Origin: an uncultured Acidobacteriota bacterium
Lineage (GTDB): Bacteria > Acidobacteriota > UBA6911 > RPQK01 > JAPXNP01
DNA: 64,000 bases
NCBI GenBank assembly: GCA_963777605.1
Contig: CAVZRV010000028.1
Coordinates: forward strand, 64,001 to 128,000
Reading direction: 5' to 3'
Below the pieces are notes generated by a model. It searched no databases. It was not told where the DNA came from and worked only from the letters and a program-made list of their open reading frames with translations. A program made the translations under genes and the position numbers. This document shows positions 23,430 to 32,817 of this stretch, piece by piece. Positions within the stretch are counted from its first letter, which is position 1. The number at the start of each line of letters is the position of its first letter.

Positions 23430-26400
23430 TTCGGCTCCAGGACTGGGAACGTTGTCAGCAGTATTCCCTCCTGCTTGAGAGCAACTACGGCAATTGGGGT
23501 CGGCGATGTGACTTCAATCCGCCCTTCAAAGTCGGCCTGTCCAGTCAGCGAGTCGAACAACTCGGTGGCGAAGAGCGCCTGGTGCCGGCCCGCCGACAGA
23601 TCCTGAACGGTCGTTTCCAGGGTTTCTCCGTCTGGATCCAGGAGGGTCAGGGAGACCTCCGCACCGGCGGATGAAACGTTGGCAAGCGCGATCCCGGTGT
23701 TGGACCCGCCGCCGACCAGGAGCGGGAGGGTGAATGCCTTTCCGACCGGAGAGACCCCGACCGCCGTCTCGGACGAGGAACTCCCATCCGGCTTGACGGC
23801 GGTGAAAATCAGCGTGCCGCCGAGAGGGACCGTCGAACTGACCGGGGCGTAACCCGAGGCCAGTTCCCCCAGGCCATCGGTCTGAAGGAACAGAGCTCCA
23901 GCGGCTGGAATCTCCAGGTCGAAACTCGAACCGGTGCGGCTGTCGGTCAGCGTCAGCGCGAAGGGAGAACCGTCGGAGCGGAAGAATTCGATCTCTCCCA
24001 CCGCATCCGCCTCGGACCGGTTGACGAAGACCAGCGTGGTGACAAAGCTGCCCCCGGCAAACTGCCCGTTGGCAACCTGCGGAAACACGATCTCATTCTG
24101 GCCGGCTGAAGGCGGGGGGAGCGATTCGGAGGCGATCACCGAGCCACCGGAAAGCCCCGGCACGAGGCTGTTACCGGCCGCGTCCGAGACGTCTGCACCA
24201 ACCAGGTTGAAAGCGACGGCGGTCCCCACGGGGACACCCCCGTCGAGTCGAAGGGTCACGTTCGCCAAAACTCCTTCCGATCCCGACAGTGTGTCAAGGC
24301 CGCTCGAGAAGCCGGCTACCGTGATCCGGTTCGCCTCAATCGAGTAGCTCAGAGTGTGATTCCCGGCCAGGTCACCGGCGGAGACCACTCTGGACGCCGG
24401 TACGGAAAGCAGATCCGGGTTGAAAGCCAGCGTGAACCGAAAGGCCGAAACCCCGTCCCCTCCCTCGATCCGCACTGGAACGATAGCGGTACTTCCGGGG
24501 GGTGCCGATGCCGTGCCGACCGACAGCGCTACGCGCGTCGGTTCGAGGATCGTCAGGAATCCGTCGTCGGTCCCGCCATAGGTTGCCTGGACAGCATCCC
24601 TCACTGGAAAATCAGTCGAGTTGGTGCGGCCGACCAGGTAGATGTTGCCCGCCCCGTCCACATCCAGGTCAGAGATATCCTCGCTGGAAGACGAAGGGTC
24701 GCCGGTATCGCCTCCAAAGGAACTCGAGAAAAGGACGGACGGCGGATCGTCGGACGAAAAGACCGCAATGAACCCGTCACTGGTCCCGGGGGCCTTCGCG
24801 GCCTTCAACGGGGAGACCGTTGGGAAATCGTTGGAGTTCGTGAACCCGGCCAGATAGGCCTGTCCGTCATCCCCAACCCTCACCGCAAACGCCCAGGTCT
24901 GACCACCGCCCCCCAGGTACGTGGAATAGAGCAGTTGGTTTCCGCTCGACGAAAGTCGGCTCAGGAACGCATTTTCATATCCTTCCCGATCGAAGACGGT
25001 TGCGCCGGCAGTCACCGGAAAATCGTCCGAGCCTGTGAATCCCGTCAGGTAGATGCTTCCGTCCGGTCCCCGATCAATGCCCCGGATCTCGTCCTGGCTG
25101 CCCCCGCCCAGGTAGGTCGAGAAAAGAACCTGACCTCCGCTGGAACTGATCTTCACAACCGTGCCGTCGCGTCCTCCACCCGACGCCGGCTGCGCCGCTC
25201 CCGAGACCGGGAAATCGGTTGATTCAGTCAATCCGCCCAGGCAGAGATTGCCAGAACCGTCGAGCGACAGGGCCAGAAAGAGATCCAGCCCACTTCCGCC
25301 GTAGTAGGTGGAAAACCGAACTGACGAGCCCCCAGGGGCCAATTTCGTTGCGAAACCGTCATAGTCACCGTCGAGACCGGCCTTGAGGGCGTTGGACGTC
25401 GGGAAATCTGCCGATCGCGTGTAGCCTGCCAGGTAGATGTTTCCCGACGGATCGACCTGGATTCCCTCGATATTGTCGTCGCTGGAGCCTCCAAGATAGG
25501 ACGAGAAAAGAATCCGGGAACCGTCGGATGACAGCCTGGTGATGAATCCGTCTCTCGAACCGACCACCGGGCCTTGGTTGATGTCGCTCTGGATCGGTTT
25601 GACCAGCGGAAAATCGGCCGATTTGGTGGTTCCCGCGACGTAGGGAGTCCCGTCGGGCCCCACGGCCAACTCCCACCCATACTCCTCGCGGTCGCCCCCG
25701 AGGTAGGTTGCAAACAGCAGTTCGCCGCCGCCGGGGCTGTACTTGGCAATGAATACATCACTTGAATAGAAGCCGGGGCGGTCACGCTTTTCCGACTGTA
25801 CCGGGTCGAGTGTCGGGAAATCGTCGGAGTAGGTGTCCCCGACCACAAAGATGTTGCCGTCGGAGTCGAGGGCGACGGACCGGATCGACTCACTGGCGCT
25901 TCCTCCCAGATAGGTCGACAGCCGAATGACCGGATCAACGGTCAGCTTTTGCTCCAGGTTTCGGTCGGGAATCCGAAATCCATAGCTCTGTCTGCCCCGG
26001 ATCTCGAACGTTCCGGGGACTCCGGTCCTCCCTTCCTGGAGCACAACGGGCGGACTTTGAACCAGGACGCGGTCACCCTGCCGAATAAGCAGGTTGCCAT
26101 CTTCGTCGAGTTCCAGCAAATCAGCCCCTTCAACCCGCATCTCGACCTGAGACAGGTCTCCAAAGGGCTCGAGAGTGAGGTCGTACTCGAGTTCCCCATC
26201 CCGACTGTAAAACCAGGCATCAACACCCGGGTAAATGTCGCGGTAAACGAGGCGCCGGAAGTGGGGAACGCCGGTATGCCATTCCTCCGGGGTTCGGCCT
26301 CGAAAGTAGTGGCTCCGGGCGGCGGTCTTTTCGACGCCGCGGGGTCCAGAGGAAGGCTCCGATCCGACAAATTGGAGCTGGACACCCTCCTTCGAGCCTC

Positions 26401-26617
26401 CCAAACCGATCGATACGCCGTCGTGCGAGAACCCGATCCCTCGCCTGCCCGCCCGCGCCAGGAAGAGGTAGTTCAAATCCACCTGTCCGCGATTCGCTTC
26501 GAAGGTGAAGTCCCGCTGCCGGATCGCCTTCCGAGCAACCGACAGGGCGACCGCCTGGCTCCAGACGCAAGACGCCAGGAGCAGCGCGATTGCCGGCAGA
26601 CTGTTCTGCGCCCTCAC
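23426..26617 (-). CDS. Secreted SBBP-repeat beta-propeller protein with cohesin and C-terminal uncharacterised module
   Basis: Signal peptide, FEANRGQ N-domain, many STYLGGxxxD...GxTxSxDFP repeats, cohesin SVGTASAPPGSTAIVPVRIEG, and FPQVANG...ALKQEGILLTTFPV. Confidence 0.88.
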   Translation of the reverse strand: MRAQNSLPAIALLLASCVWSQAVALSVARKAIRQRDFTFEANRGQVDLNYLFLARAGRRGIGFSHDGVSIGLGGSKEGVQLQFVGSEPSSGPRGVEKTAARSHYFRGRTPEEWHTGVPHFRRLVYRDIYPGVDAWFYSRDGELEYDLTLEPFGDLSQVEMRVEGADLLELDEDGNLLIRQGDRVLVQSPPVVLQEGRTGVPGTFEIRGRQSYGFRIPDRNLEQKLTVDPVIRLSTYLGGSASESIRSVALDSDGNIFVVGDTYSDDFPTLDPVQSEKRDRPGFYSSDVFIAKYSPGGGELLFATYLGGDREEYGWELAVGPDGTPYVAGTTKSADFPLVKPIQSDINQGPVVGSRDGFITRLSSDGSRILFSSYLGGSSDDNIEGIQVDPSGNIYLAGYTRSADFPTSNALKAGLDGDYDGFATKLAPGGSSVRFSTYYGGSGLDLFLALSLDGSGNLCLGGLTESTDFPVSGAAQPASGGGRDGTVVKISSSGGQVLFSTYLGGGSQDEIRGIDRGPDGSIYLTGFTGSDDFPVTAGATVFDREGYENAFLSRLSSSGNQLLYSTYLGGGGQTWAFAVRVGDDGQAYLAGFTNSNDFPTVSPLKAAKAPGTSDGFIAVFSSDDPPSVLFSSSFGGDTGDPSSSSEDISDLDVDGAGNIYLVGRTNSTDFPVRDAVQATYGGTDDGFLTILEPTRVALSVGTASAPPGSTAIVPVRIEGGDGVSAFRFTLAFNPDLLSVPASRVVSAGDLAGNHTLSYSIEANRITVAGFSSGLDTLSGSEGVLANVTLRLDGGVPVGTAVAFNLVGADVSDAAGNSLVPGLSGGSVIASESLPPPSAGQNEIVFPQVANGQFAGGSFVTTLVFVNRSEADAVGEIEFFRSDGSPFALTLTDSRTGSSFDLEIPAAGALFLQTDGLGELASGYAPVSSTVPLGGTLIFTAVKPDGSSSSETAVGVSPVGKAFTLPLLVGGGSNTGIALANVSSAGAEVSLTLLDPDGETLETTVQDLSAGRHQALFATELFDSLTGQADFEGRIEVTSPTPIAVVALKQEGILLTTFPVLEPK

Positions 26618-27852
26618 TCGGGCACCACCGGAAATGTCGTCAACAGGGCTCCGCTTTGCTTGAGTGCGATGGCGGCAACGGCCTCCGATGCCACCACCTG
26701 TATGAACCCGTTAAAGGCCTGCTGGGCAGGGATTTCGCTGAAGAACTCGCTGGCAAAACGCGGTACGTGCTCTCCGGGCGAAAGGTTCAAGGACCGGCTG
26801 CCGATGATCTGGCCGTCCGGCCGGTGCAGAGTCAGGGTCAACTGGATACTGGTCCGGCTCGTGTTGGCAAACGCGATCCCGGTGTTCGAAAGCCCGGGCT
26901 CAACCAGAATTGGCACCTTGAAGTGAGTCAGCAGCAGCGAGGCTCCCACTCCGGTTTCAGCGGTGGTCGTTCCGGCACTGTTGCGGGACGAAAAGAGCAA
27001 CGTACCTCCAATGGAGGCGGTTGCCCGAATTTCGGCGTATCCGATACCCAGAGCGCCGGAGGCATCCGTCTCCATGAAGACCGATTCCTGGGATCCCAGC
27101 GCAAATGGGAACACCGAGCCAGCCCGCCCATCCTGGAGTTGAACAACTAAAGGAGATCCATCGGACCGATACAACCGCACTTCGGCGTCGGTAGCGAGGC
27201 CGCTCAAGTTGGCGAAAATCAGCGTCGTGCGAAAGCTGCCGCCGGGATAGGACCCGTCAACAACCTGGGGAAAGAAGAGATCATTCGCTCCTCGCGCCGG
27301 CGCCAACGACCCAGCGCCCAAGGTCAAATTCCCGGAAACCGGCTGGACCTCCACCCGATTTCCCAGCCGATCAGAAGCCAGGACGTTTGACAACTGGACA
27401 GGGATCTGCACCCCGTTTGGAATGCCTGCCTGCAGGTTCACCCTCAACTGCAGAAGTGTCCCCCTGTCTGCCCCGAACTCGCTCGAGGACGCTGACGAAA
27501 CCAGGATTCTTGCCGACCCGTTTCGACGTTCAAATCCCAGAGTGTGGTCGGGCAGGAGAGATCCAGCAATCCAGAAGTCTTCCGCGGGCAGCGTCAAGCG
27601 GGAGTCGAGACCAAGCGTCAACTCGATCGCGGAGATGCCGGCTCCGCCTTCCAGGATGACAGGCACCACCAATTCCGTTCCTGCTGAGGCACCAAGGTTT
27701 GGGACCGTGAGTTGCGCCTGACCAAGTGCATGACTGCCAAGGCACAGCAACACCTCAGCAAAAAGGAAAGCCAGCAGTCTTCCGGTCGCTGCCATGAACA
27801 GTTCCAGCTCGTCGCGGTGACGATTTACCTGCTCGGACCCCAATTCATTCAA
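26614..27852 (-). CDS. Secreted cohesin-domain protein with C-terminal uncharacterised module
   Basis: Signal-like segment, cohesin LTVPNLGASAGTELVVPVILEG, and FPQVVDG...ALKQSGALLTTFPVVPE. Stop overlaps the next start (GTGA). The real start may be the MAATG Met. Confidence 0.8.
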   Translation of the reverse strand: MNELGSEQVNRHRDELELFMAATGRLLAFLFAEVLLCLGSHALGQAQLTVPNLGASAGTELVVPVILEGGAGISAIELTLGLDSRLTLPAEDFWIAGSLLPDHTLGFERRNGSARILVSSASSSEFGADRGTLLQLRVNLQAGIPNGVQIPVQLSNVLASDRLGNRVEVQPVSGNLTLGAGSLAPARGANDLFFPQVVDGSYPGGSFRTTLIFANLSGLATDAEVRLYRSDGSPLVVQLQDGRAGSVFPFALGSQESVFMETDASGALGIGYAEIRATASIGGTLLFSSRNSAGTTTAETGVGASLLLTHFKVPILVEPGLSNTGIAFANTSRTSIQLTLTLHRPDGQIIGSRSLNLSPGEHVPRFASEFFSEIPAQQAFNGFIQVVASEAVAAIALKQSGALLTTFPVVPE

Positions 27853-28372
27853 ACAATCGGATAAGAATGCGGTCAGTCTAGCGGACGCAGAAGGAATCCA
27901 CCAGTATTTACCTGGAAATTCAATTGAAAGAGGTGGATAACTTGGACAATCTGGAAATTTGGAGCTCTGTTGCCGGGATTGCCATTGGAGCCAAAGCTAA
28001 CTCGTCTTTCCGTGCAAAATCCGTCAGCGGGCACACGAAACCCCCGGGCAAAGCCTCCGGCGGGGGCCAAACCCCTAACCCCATCCAGTAATTACGAACG
28101 TGTCGGAAAAAGTGCGAAGAAGCCCCGTAAAGAAAGGAAAAAGACGGCAAAGGCCCCGCTTTTGAAGGCATTGGCAGCGAAGGGGCCACCGGGGAGAAAG
28201 GATGCAGAAAAAATCCAGGGCGAGACGCTTCTCTGCCCGAGTTTGGAGACCACACCCCAAGGTCTGGCGTTCGCCCTCTCCCCCAGTTCGGAGGCTTCCC
28301 GCCGGAACGACCAAAGCAAACTTCAGCCTCCCGGTGATCCACCTCGCAGTCACGTTTCGGTATGAATTGAGA

Positions 28373-29446
28373 TTAGCGCTCGACCGACAGCAGCGCCCCT
28401 CTGGTGGCTATCAGTAGTGCCTGGGAGTCGGCTACTTCTCCGGCTTCTGCGATGACGGTGACATCGACGATCTCAGCTTTCGAGGTTCTGGGCCGGGAGT
28501 TGCCTTTCAGCGTAATCCTGGCGTTGGTGTCGTCCACCCTCTCAACCGCGCCCAAACCGACGCCGGGAGGAAGATTCTCAACGGACCAACGGCCTCGGGT
28601 CAACGTCTTCGCGAACTTCCCGTTGGTCAACTTTACGCTCACGATCCCGCCCTCTTCCTGGCCCAGCCTGATGGGAGCCGACTGGGAAAGCTTGATCGAA
28701 GGAGCCTTCGGATTCCGGCGATAGTACCGCACGTAATCGACCTTCCAATAGGCGGGCAACTGGCTGTCCGATTGCCGGACGTCTCCGGCCCAGCCATCGT
28801 ACTTGGCCTCGAGTGTCAGGTAGATCCAGTTCGGCTTATCTGCGGTCATCGTCCGTGTGATCCAGGTTCTCTGGTCGTCCACGAAGAAATCAAACCCTTT
28901 CTCGTGCCAGTCACCTGCAAACAGGTGCCAATCCGAACGGGATCCCTTGAATTGCACGCGGGCCCCTTCCCACTTGTGCCCGGTTCCGCTGCCCTGGTGA
29001 ATATTGTGCTCGACGATATCGTTTCGGTACGGGTCTTCCATGAAGTCCACCTCGGCACCGTCGTAGTTGGGGTTGTACGATTCCCTGCCCCACAACCAGA
29101 ATGCCCCCCAGTAACCGGGGACCGTGCTGAGATCTGCACGTGCCTCGTAGTAGCCCCACTGGAACGATTCCTTCGTCCGGATGAAACCGAGGTGGTACTT
29201 GCCGTCCTCCGCCTTCCGGAGCCGCAGGACCAGGTGCCCCTCGCCGTCGAGGTAACTGTCGTCCGGGTCGTTGAAGGCGTTTCGACGGTCACCCTCCTCG
29301 CACGTCCAGACGTCCCAATTGAGTTGCTTGCCGTTGAACTCGTCGTGGAAGACCAACTCCCAGCCGTCGCCGGGAGGGTCGGCAAGAAGGGGAATCGCGG
29401 ACAGAATAAGGCCCAGCATCAGGAATCGCACCGGGGAGTTCTTCAT
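28373..29446 (-). CDS. Glycoside hydrolase family 16 with C-terminal accessory domain
   Basis: Signal MKNSPVRFLMLGLILSAIPLLA, WELVFHDEFNG, GYYEAR, WGAFWL and catalytic EVDFME. Confidence 0.9.
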   Translation of the reverse strand: MKNSPVRFLMLGLILSAIPLLADPPGDGWELVFHDEFNGKQLNWDVWTCEEGDRRNAFNDPDDSYLDGEGHLVLRLRKAEDGKYHLGFIRTKESFQWGYYEARADLSTVPGYWGAFWLWGRESYNPNYDGAEVDFMEDPYRNDIVEHNIHQGSGTGHKWEGARVQFKGSRSDWHLFAGDWHEKGFDFFVDDQRTWITRTMTADKPNWIYLTLEAKYDGWAGDVRQSDSQLPAYWKVDYVRYYRRNPKAPSIKLSQSAPIRLGQEEGGIVSVKLTNGKFAKTLTRGRWSVENLPPGVGLGAVERVDDTNARITLKGNSRPRTSKAEIVDVTVIAEAGEVADSQALLIATRGALLSVER

Positions 29447-29589
29447 CCCAGAAAAGTACCACCAGGTTCTCCGACGCACAACCGCTAACCGGCACTTACG
29501 TCGGCGCCGACCTCCGAATTTCCGAGTCCCAAGCCGGAGGGTCCCCGGCAGTGCCATATCATTCAAAAAGCGCGACTTGGCCCGCCGTA

Positions 29590-29628
29590 CCCGGGGACGT
29601 GGCTTCGCCTTACCCCCGGCTCTGTGTG
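29590..29628 (-). repeat. Solitary REP-like palindrome (CAGAG family)
   Basis: Reverse strand reads CACACAGAG-CCGGGGGT-AA-GGCGAAGCC-AC-GTCCCCGG. Confidence 0.75.
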
Positions 29629-29752
29629 CAGCGCCATCCTTTTGAACTCACCCCCTTCTCCAGCACCGAATAGATCCAGCCCCCATAAAAGACTTCCGCT
29701 CAACATCGGGCAATCCCTTGATGACGCCACCTCCCGATTCCCGGATTCTGCT

Positions 29753-30118
29753 TCACCGGTGGGACTTCTTCGCGGCGGCTTTGACCAGCATCTCTTCAAC
29801 TCGAAACCTCACAATCCTGGCGATCAGTTCAAATGGAATCGGTCGATCGAGGGGGAACTGAACCGCGCCCTTGGACCACTTGTAGTCAGTGAACTCGTCC
29901 TGGAAGTTCCGGATCCCGGAGGGGGTCGGGTAGAACCCGATGTGATTCTTGTGCGCCGCGAAGTGCACCAGATTTCCGTGCAGGGTGAAGGTCGGCATCT
30001 GGTAGCTGATGGTTTCTCTCGGCATCGGGCGCCGCCTTCCGGATCGTTTCGCCTGATCTCCGTCAAGATTTCCTGGATGGTCCGGTGGGAAACCGTCAAT
30101 GTACCCATCGATGGTCAT
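29753..30118 (-). CDS. DUF1801/YdhG-family protein (indels in the N-terminal half)
   Basis: TIDGYIDGFP...ETISYQMPTF...HFAAHKNHIGFYP...KGAVQFPLDRPIP. Confidence 0.8.
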   Translation of the reverse strand: MTIDGYIDGFPPDHPGNLDGDQAKRSGRRRPMPRETISYQMPTFTLHGNLVHFAAHKNHIGFYPTPSGIRNFQDEFTDYKWSKGAVQFPLDRPIPFELIARIVRFRVEEMLVKAAAKKSHR

Positions 30119-30265
30119 GGGGGGATTTCATGTCAGGTCTCATCAGCCTCCTTTCGAAGGAGAAGGACGTGGGGATGCAGGCTTTGTGGGAAATAAACCA
30201 AGGGACCAAACAGCAGCCTGTCCCCTTCTGCCTACTCCAGCGAAAAGCAGCCTGTCCCCTTTTCC

Positions 30266-31765
30266 CTACTCAAGAGGAAGCGGGACTCCTTTCTGAGAAG
30301 TCCATCCCTTCAGGTAATTGAGGTAGACGTAGTCGATGCCGACGGTCTCCAGTGTGGTCGTCAGGGTCTGATTCAACAGCCTGTACTCTTTTTCGACGCG
30401 GGAGGTATTTTCATCGACGAACTCCTGAAGGAGGGCGACGGCCTGCTCGGCCGCTCCCTGATCGATTAACCGGCGCGCTTCGGCTTCGACCCGCTGCTGT
30501 CGCTGGAGTTCCCAATCTTCCGTCCGTGAAAAGACCGCCCTGGCGGCCGGAGCCAGCGCCTTATAGTTCAGATCGCACAGCAACTTCACCCGGTTTGCCG
30601 ACCACCAGGGTGAATCCTCGGAGTAGGTGCTCGTGCCCACGGAGTACTGGTCCGGCACCTTCGGCCCGTGCATGTAGAAGGGTTTAAAGACGTTGCAGCA
30701 TGGGTTGGAAAAGCTCGCCCAGTAGACCTGGCGCAACAACGGAGGCATGTCTGCCCGGAGATGGGCGACCATCGACGCGGCGCTGTGATAGCCGGAGTGT
30801 GCGGTGTCGTGCATGCAGGGCATTGGCCAGAATGCCTCGGACGCTCCCCACCTTGGTTCGGCGATCGTGCCCTCAAGATGGCTGCGGCTGATGCCCATCA
30901 TCGAGGACGGAGTAACTTTCCCGAAATCGCGTCTCAGGCACGACAGTGTCATGTTGCGACGAATCTGCATATTTCCGGGGTTGGCGGCGCCCTTTTCCCA
31001 GTAGTTTCCGTAATCCCGCGCGAAGTTGAAGTCGGCCGCAGACCGGGTCCAACCCATGTCCACGGCGTGCTGCACCAACTCAGGATGGGCCTCGTCCCAG
31101 TCACCCTCGATCGAGTATATGTTGGAGATGGAATAGACTCCGCTGGTGACCCGTTTGGCAACCCAGTAGCGACCAGCGGTCTCGAGGACCCAGGCCACGT
31201 TCGGGTCGGCAATGATAAAGCTGTTGTGATAGTTGGCCTTGCCCCATTCCCCCTCACGCTCACAGTCACCGCTTTGGCCGTACTTTTCGAGAAGACTGGT
31301 GATCACGTGGAGCGCTTCGTACGCGGTCTTTCCTCGCTCCAGCCCCAATCGGAGCAGATCCATTCCGAGCAGTCCGTCCCCCCACTGGTACGGTTCTTTC
31401 GACCAGACAGCCTCGTTCCCGATCGCGACGCCATGCTCGTTCATTCCCTCTTCATAACCAAAGGCCCACCAGATCTTGGAGCCGATATGTTCGTAGGTTT
31501 CGGGTACCTGGGGCACTTCGATGTAGGTCGCTTTCACCATCTCACCCGGTTGGTGATGACGGTGTGGGATGTGCACCAGCGGCTGGGCCTCCATTGCAGG
31601 CCGGTCACTGTTCTTGACGAGGATGATGGAACCATCTGCCGTGGCGTCGGGAAGTGCCACCCAGGTGTCGCACGAGGGCGTCTCCCGAACAACGGCATCC
31701 ATCTGAACAAACCCGGCGGAGGTAAACGCCAGCAGGAGTAACGCAAATGCAGCTTTTCTGATCAA
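30266..31765 (-). CDS. Peptidase C69 family (secernin-like dipeptidase), secreted
   Basis: Signal peptide, CDTWVAL with nucleophile Cys, KNSDRP, GMNEHGVAIGNEAV and GMDLLRLGLERGKTA. Confidence 0.92.
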   Translation of the reverse strand: MIRKAAFALLLLAFTSAGFVQMDAVVRETPSCDTWVALPDATADGSIILVKNSDRPAMEAQPLVHIPHRHHQPGEMVKATYIEVPQVPETYEHIGSKIWWAFGYEEGMNEHGVAIGNEAVWSKEPYQWGDGLLGMDLLRLGLERGKTAYEALHVITSLLEKYGQSGDCEREGEWGKANYHNSFIIADPNVAWVLETAGRYWVAKRVTSGVYSISNIYSIEGDWDEAHPELVQHAVDMGWTRSAADFNFARDYGNYWEKGAANPGNMQIRRNMTLSCLRRDFGKVTPSSMMGISRSHLEGTIAEPRWGASEAFWPMPCMHDTAHSGYHSAASMVAHLRADMPPLLRQVYWASFSNPCCNVFKPFYMHGPKVPDQYSVGTSTYSEDSPWWSANRVKLLCDLNYKALAPAARAVFSRTEDWELQRQQRVEAEARRLIDQGAAEQAVALLQEFVDENTSRVEKEYRLLNQTLTTTLETVGIDYVYLNYLKGWTSQKGVPLPLE

Positions 31766-32142
31766 TTCTCACCTTCCGAAACGTTTCGGGTTATCACGAT
31801 GATCCCGGGATGCTTCTTCGGCTTCGCTTCGCCGAAGAGGGACTGCGGCTTCGTTTCAACGAAAAAGACCAGGTTGTCCCTGGTCCAGTCAAACTCAAAG
31901 CTGTCAGGAGCCATGTGCTCCCGGGTCAGCAGCCTGGCCAGGCAAGAGTTGTAAAGTGCCTCTGTTTCAAGTGGGGAAAGGATTGTCGGTTCCTGGTGCG
32001 CAACCTGGTATCAGAGGTGTCCGGCCAGCTTGTCTCTGAGTCAGTGCCCATCAACCATACACCGAGTATCATGGGCCCGGCCTGCGGAATCCGTGGCCTA
32101 AGGAGATTTCCCCGGGAACTCAGCCCACTGGCTTCGAGCATT

Positions 32143-32517
32143 TCACTTTTTGGATTTCTTGCCTTTCTTCTTTTTCTTCTTCGACTTGCCCTTCTTCTTT
32201 TTCTTGTCCTTATCCTTCTTGTGCTTGCCCTTCTTGCCGGTCTTGTGCTTCTTCGATTCCCTGTCCCGAGATTCTTCTGCGTCATCAGTGGAACTGTCCG
32301 GTTCCGGCGCCAATTCACTTGACTCCACCCGCCTGGCCGCGACTTCAAGCGCATTCTGGCGGATTGCGGTGGCACGGGAGAGCGGGAACCCGGTGTATTT
32401 GACGATCTTTTTGTCGGACAGCATCGCCAGATCCGGTACGGTGAGAACTCCTGCATCGAGCAGCTTTTGTGCGGTTGCCGGCCCAACACCCGGGACTTCG
32501 GTGAGATCTTCCTTCAT
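32143..32517 (-). CDS. Helix-hairpin-helix protein with Lys-rich C-terminal tail
   Basis: RBS GGAGGGG, LTEVPGVGPATAQKLLDAG (HhH_5-like), and tail KKHKTGKKGKHKKDKDKKKKKGKSKKKKKKGKKSKK. Confidence 0.75.
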   Translation of the reverse strand: MKEDLTEVPGVGPATAQKLLDAGVLTVPDLAMLSDKKIVKYTGFPLSRATAIRQNALEVAARRVESSELAPEPDSSTDDAEESRDRESKKHKTGKKGKHKKDKDKKKKKGKSKKKKKKGKKSKK

Positions 32518-32817
32518 TGCCCCTCCTTGGGCTCCATTCTGCACTCACAGATGGTAAAACGCCAAATACTTCCTTGGTGAATTCCTGAGCAAGCGACCCT
32601 CGGCCCATCATGCCAGGGACCCCATGACCGGCTGGCCGGCACCTGGGTCGTCCGGGGTTGAATCTAATTCGCGCACTCAACGGAGTTGACTGAAATGTCC
32701 GCGGCCGCCCCTGGTGCAGTCCCACGGCCGGAGAGCACACCTGCCCGATCTCTGCGCGCAATCCGGATTGAATCAGATCAGTTCAGAAACCAAAGACTCG
32801 GGACGGGGTTCCCCTGA

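Noticed and set aside
28014-28070. GCAAAGCCTCCGG resembling part of a c-di-GMP-I riboswitch
   Set aside because: The upstream GGCAAAC...GAAA stem is not properly formed, and the motif points away from any downstream gene start.
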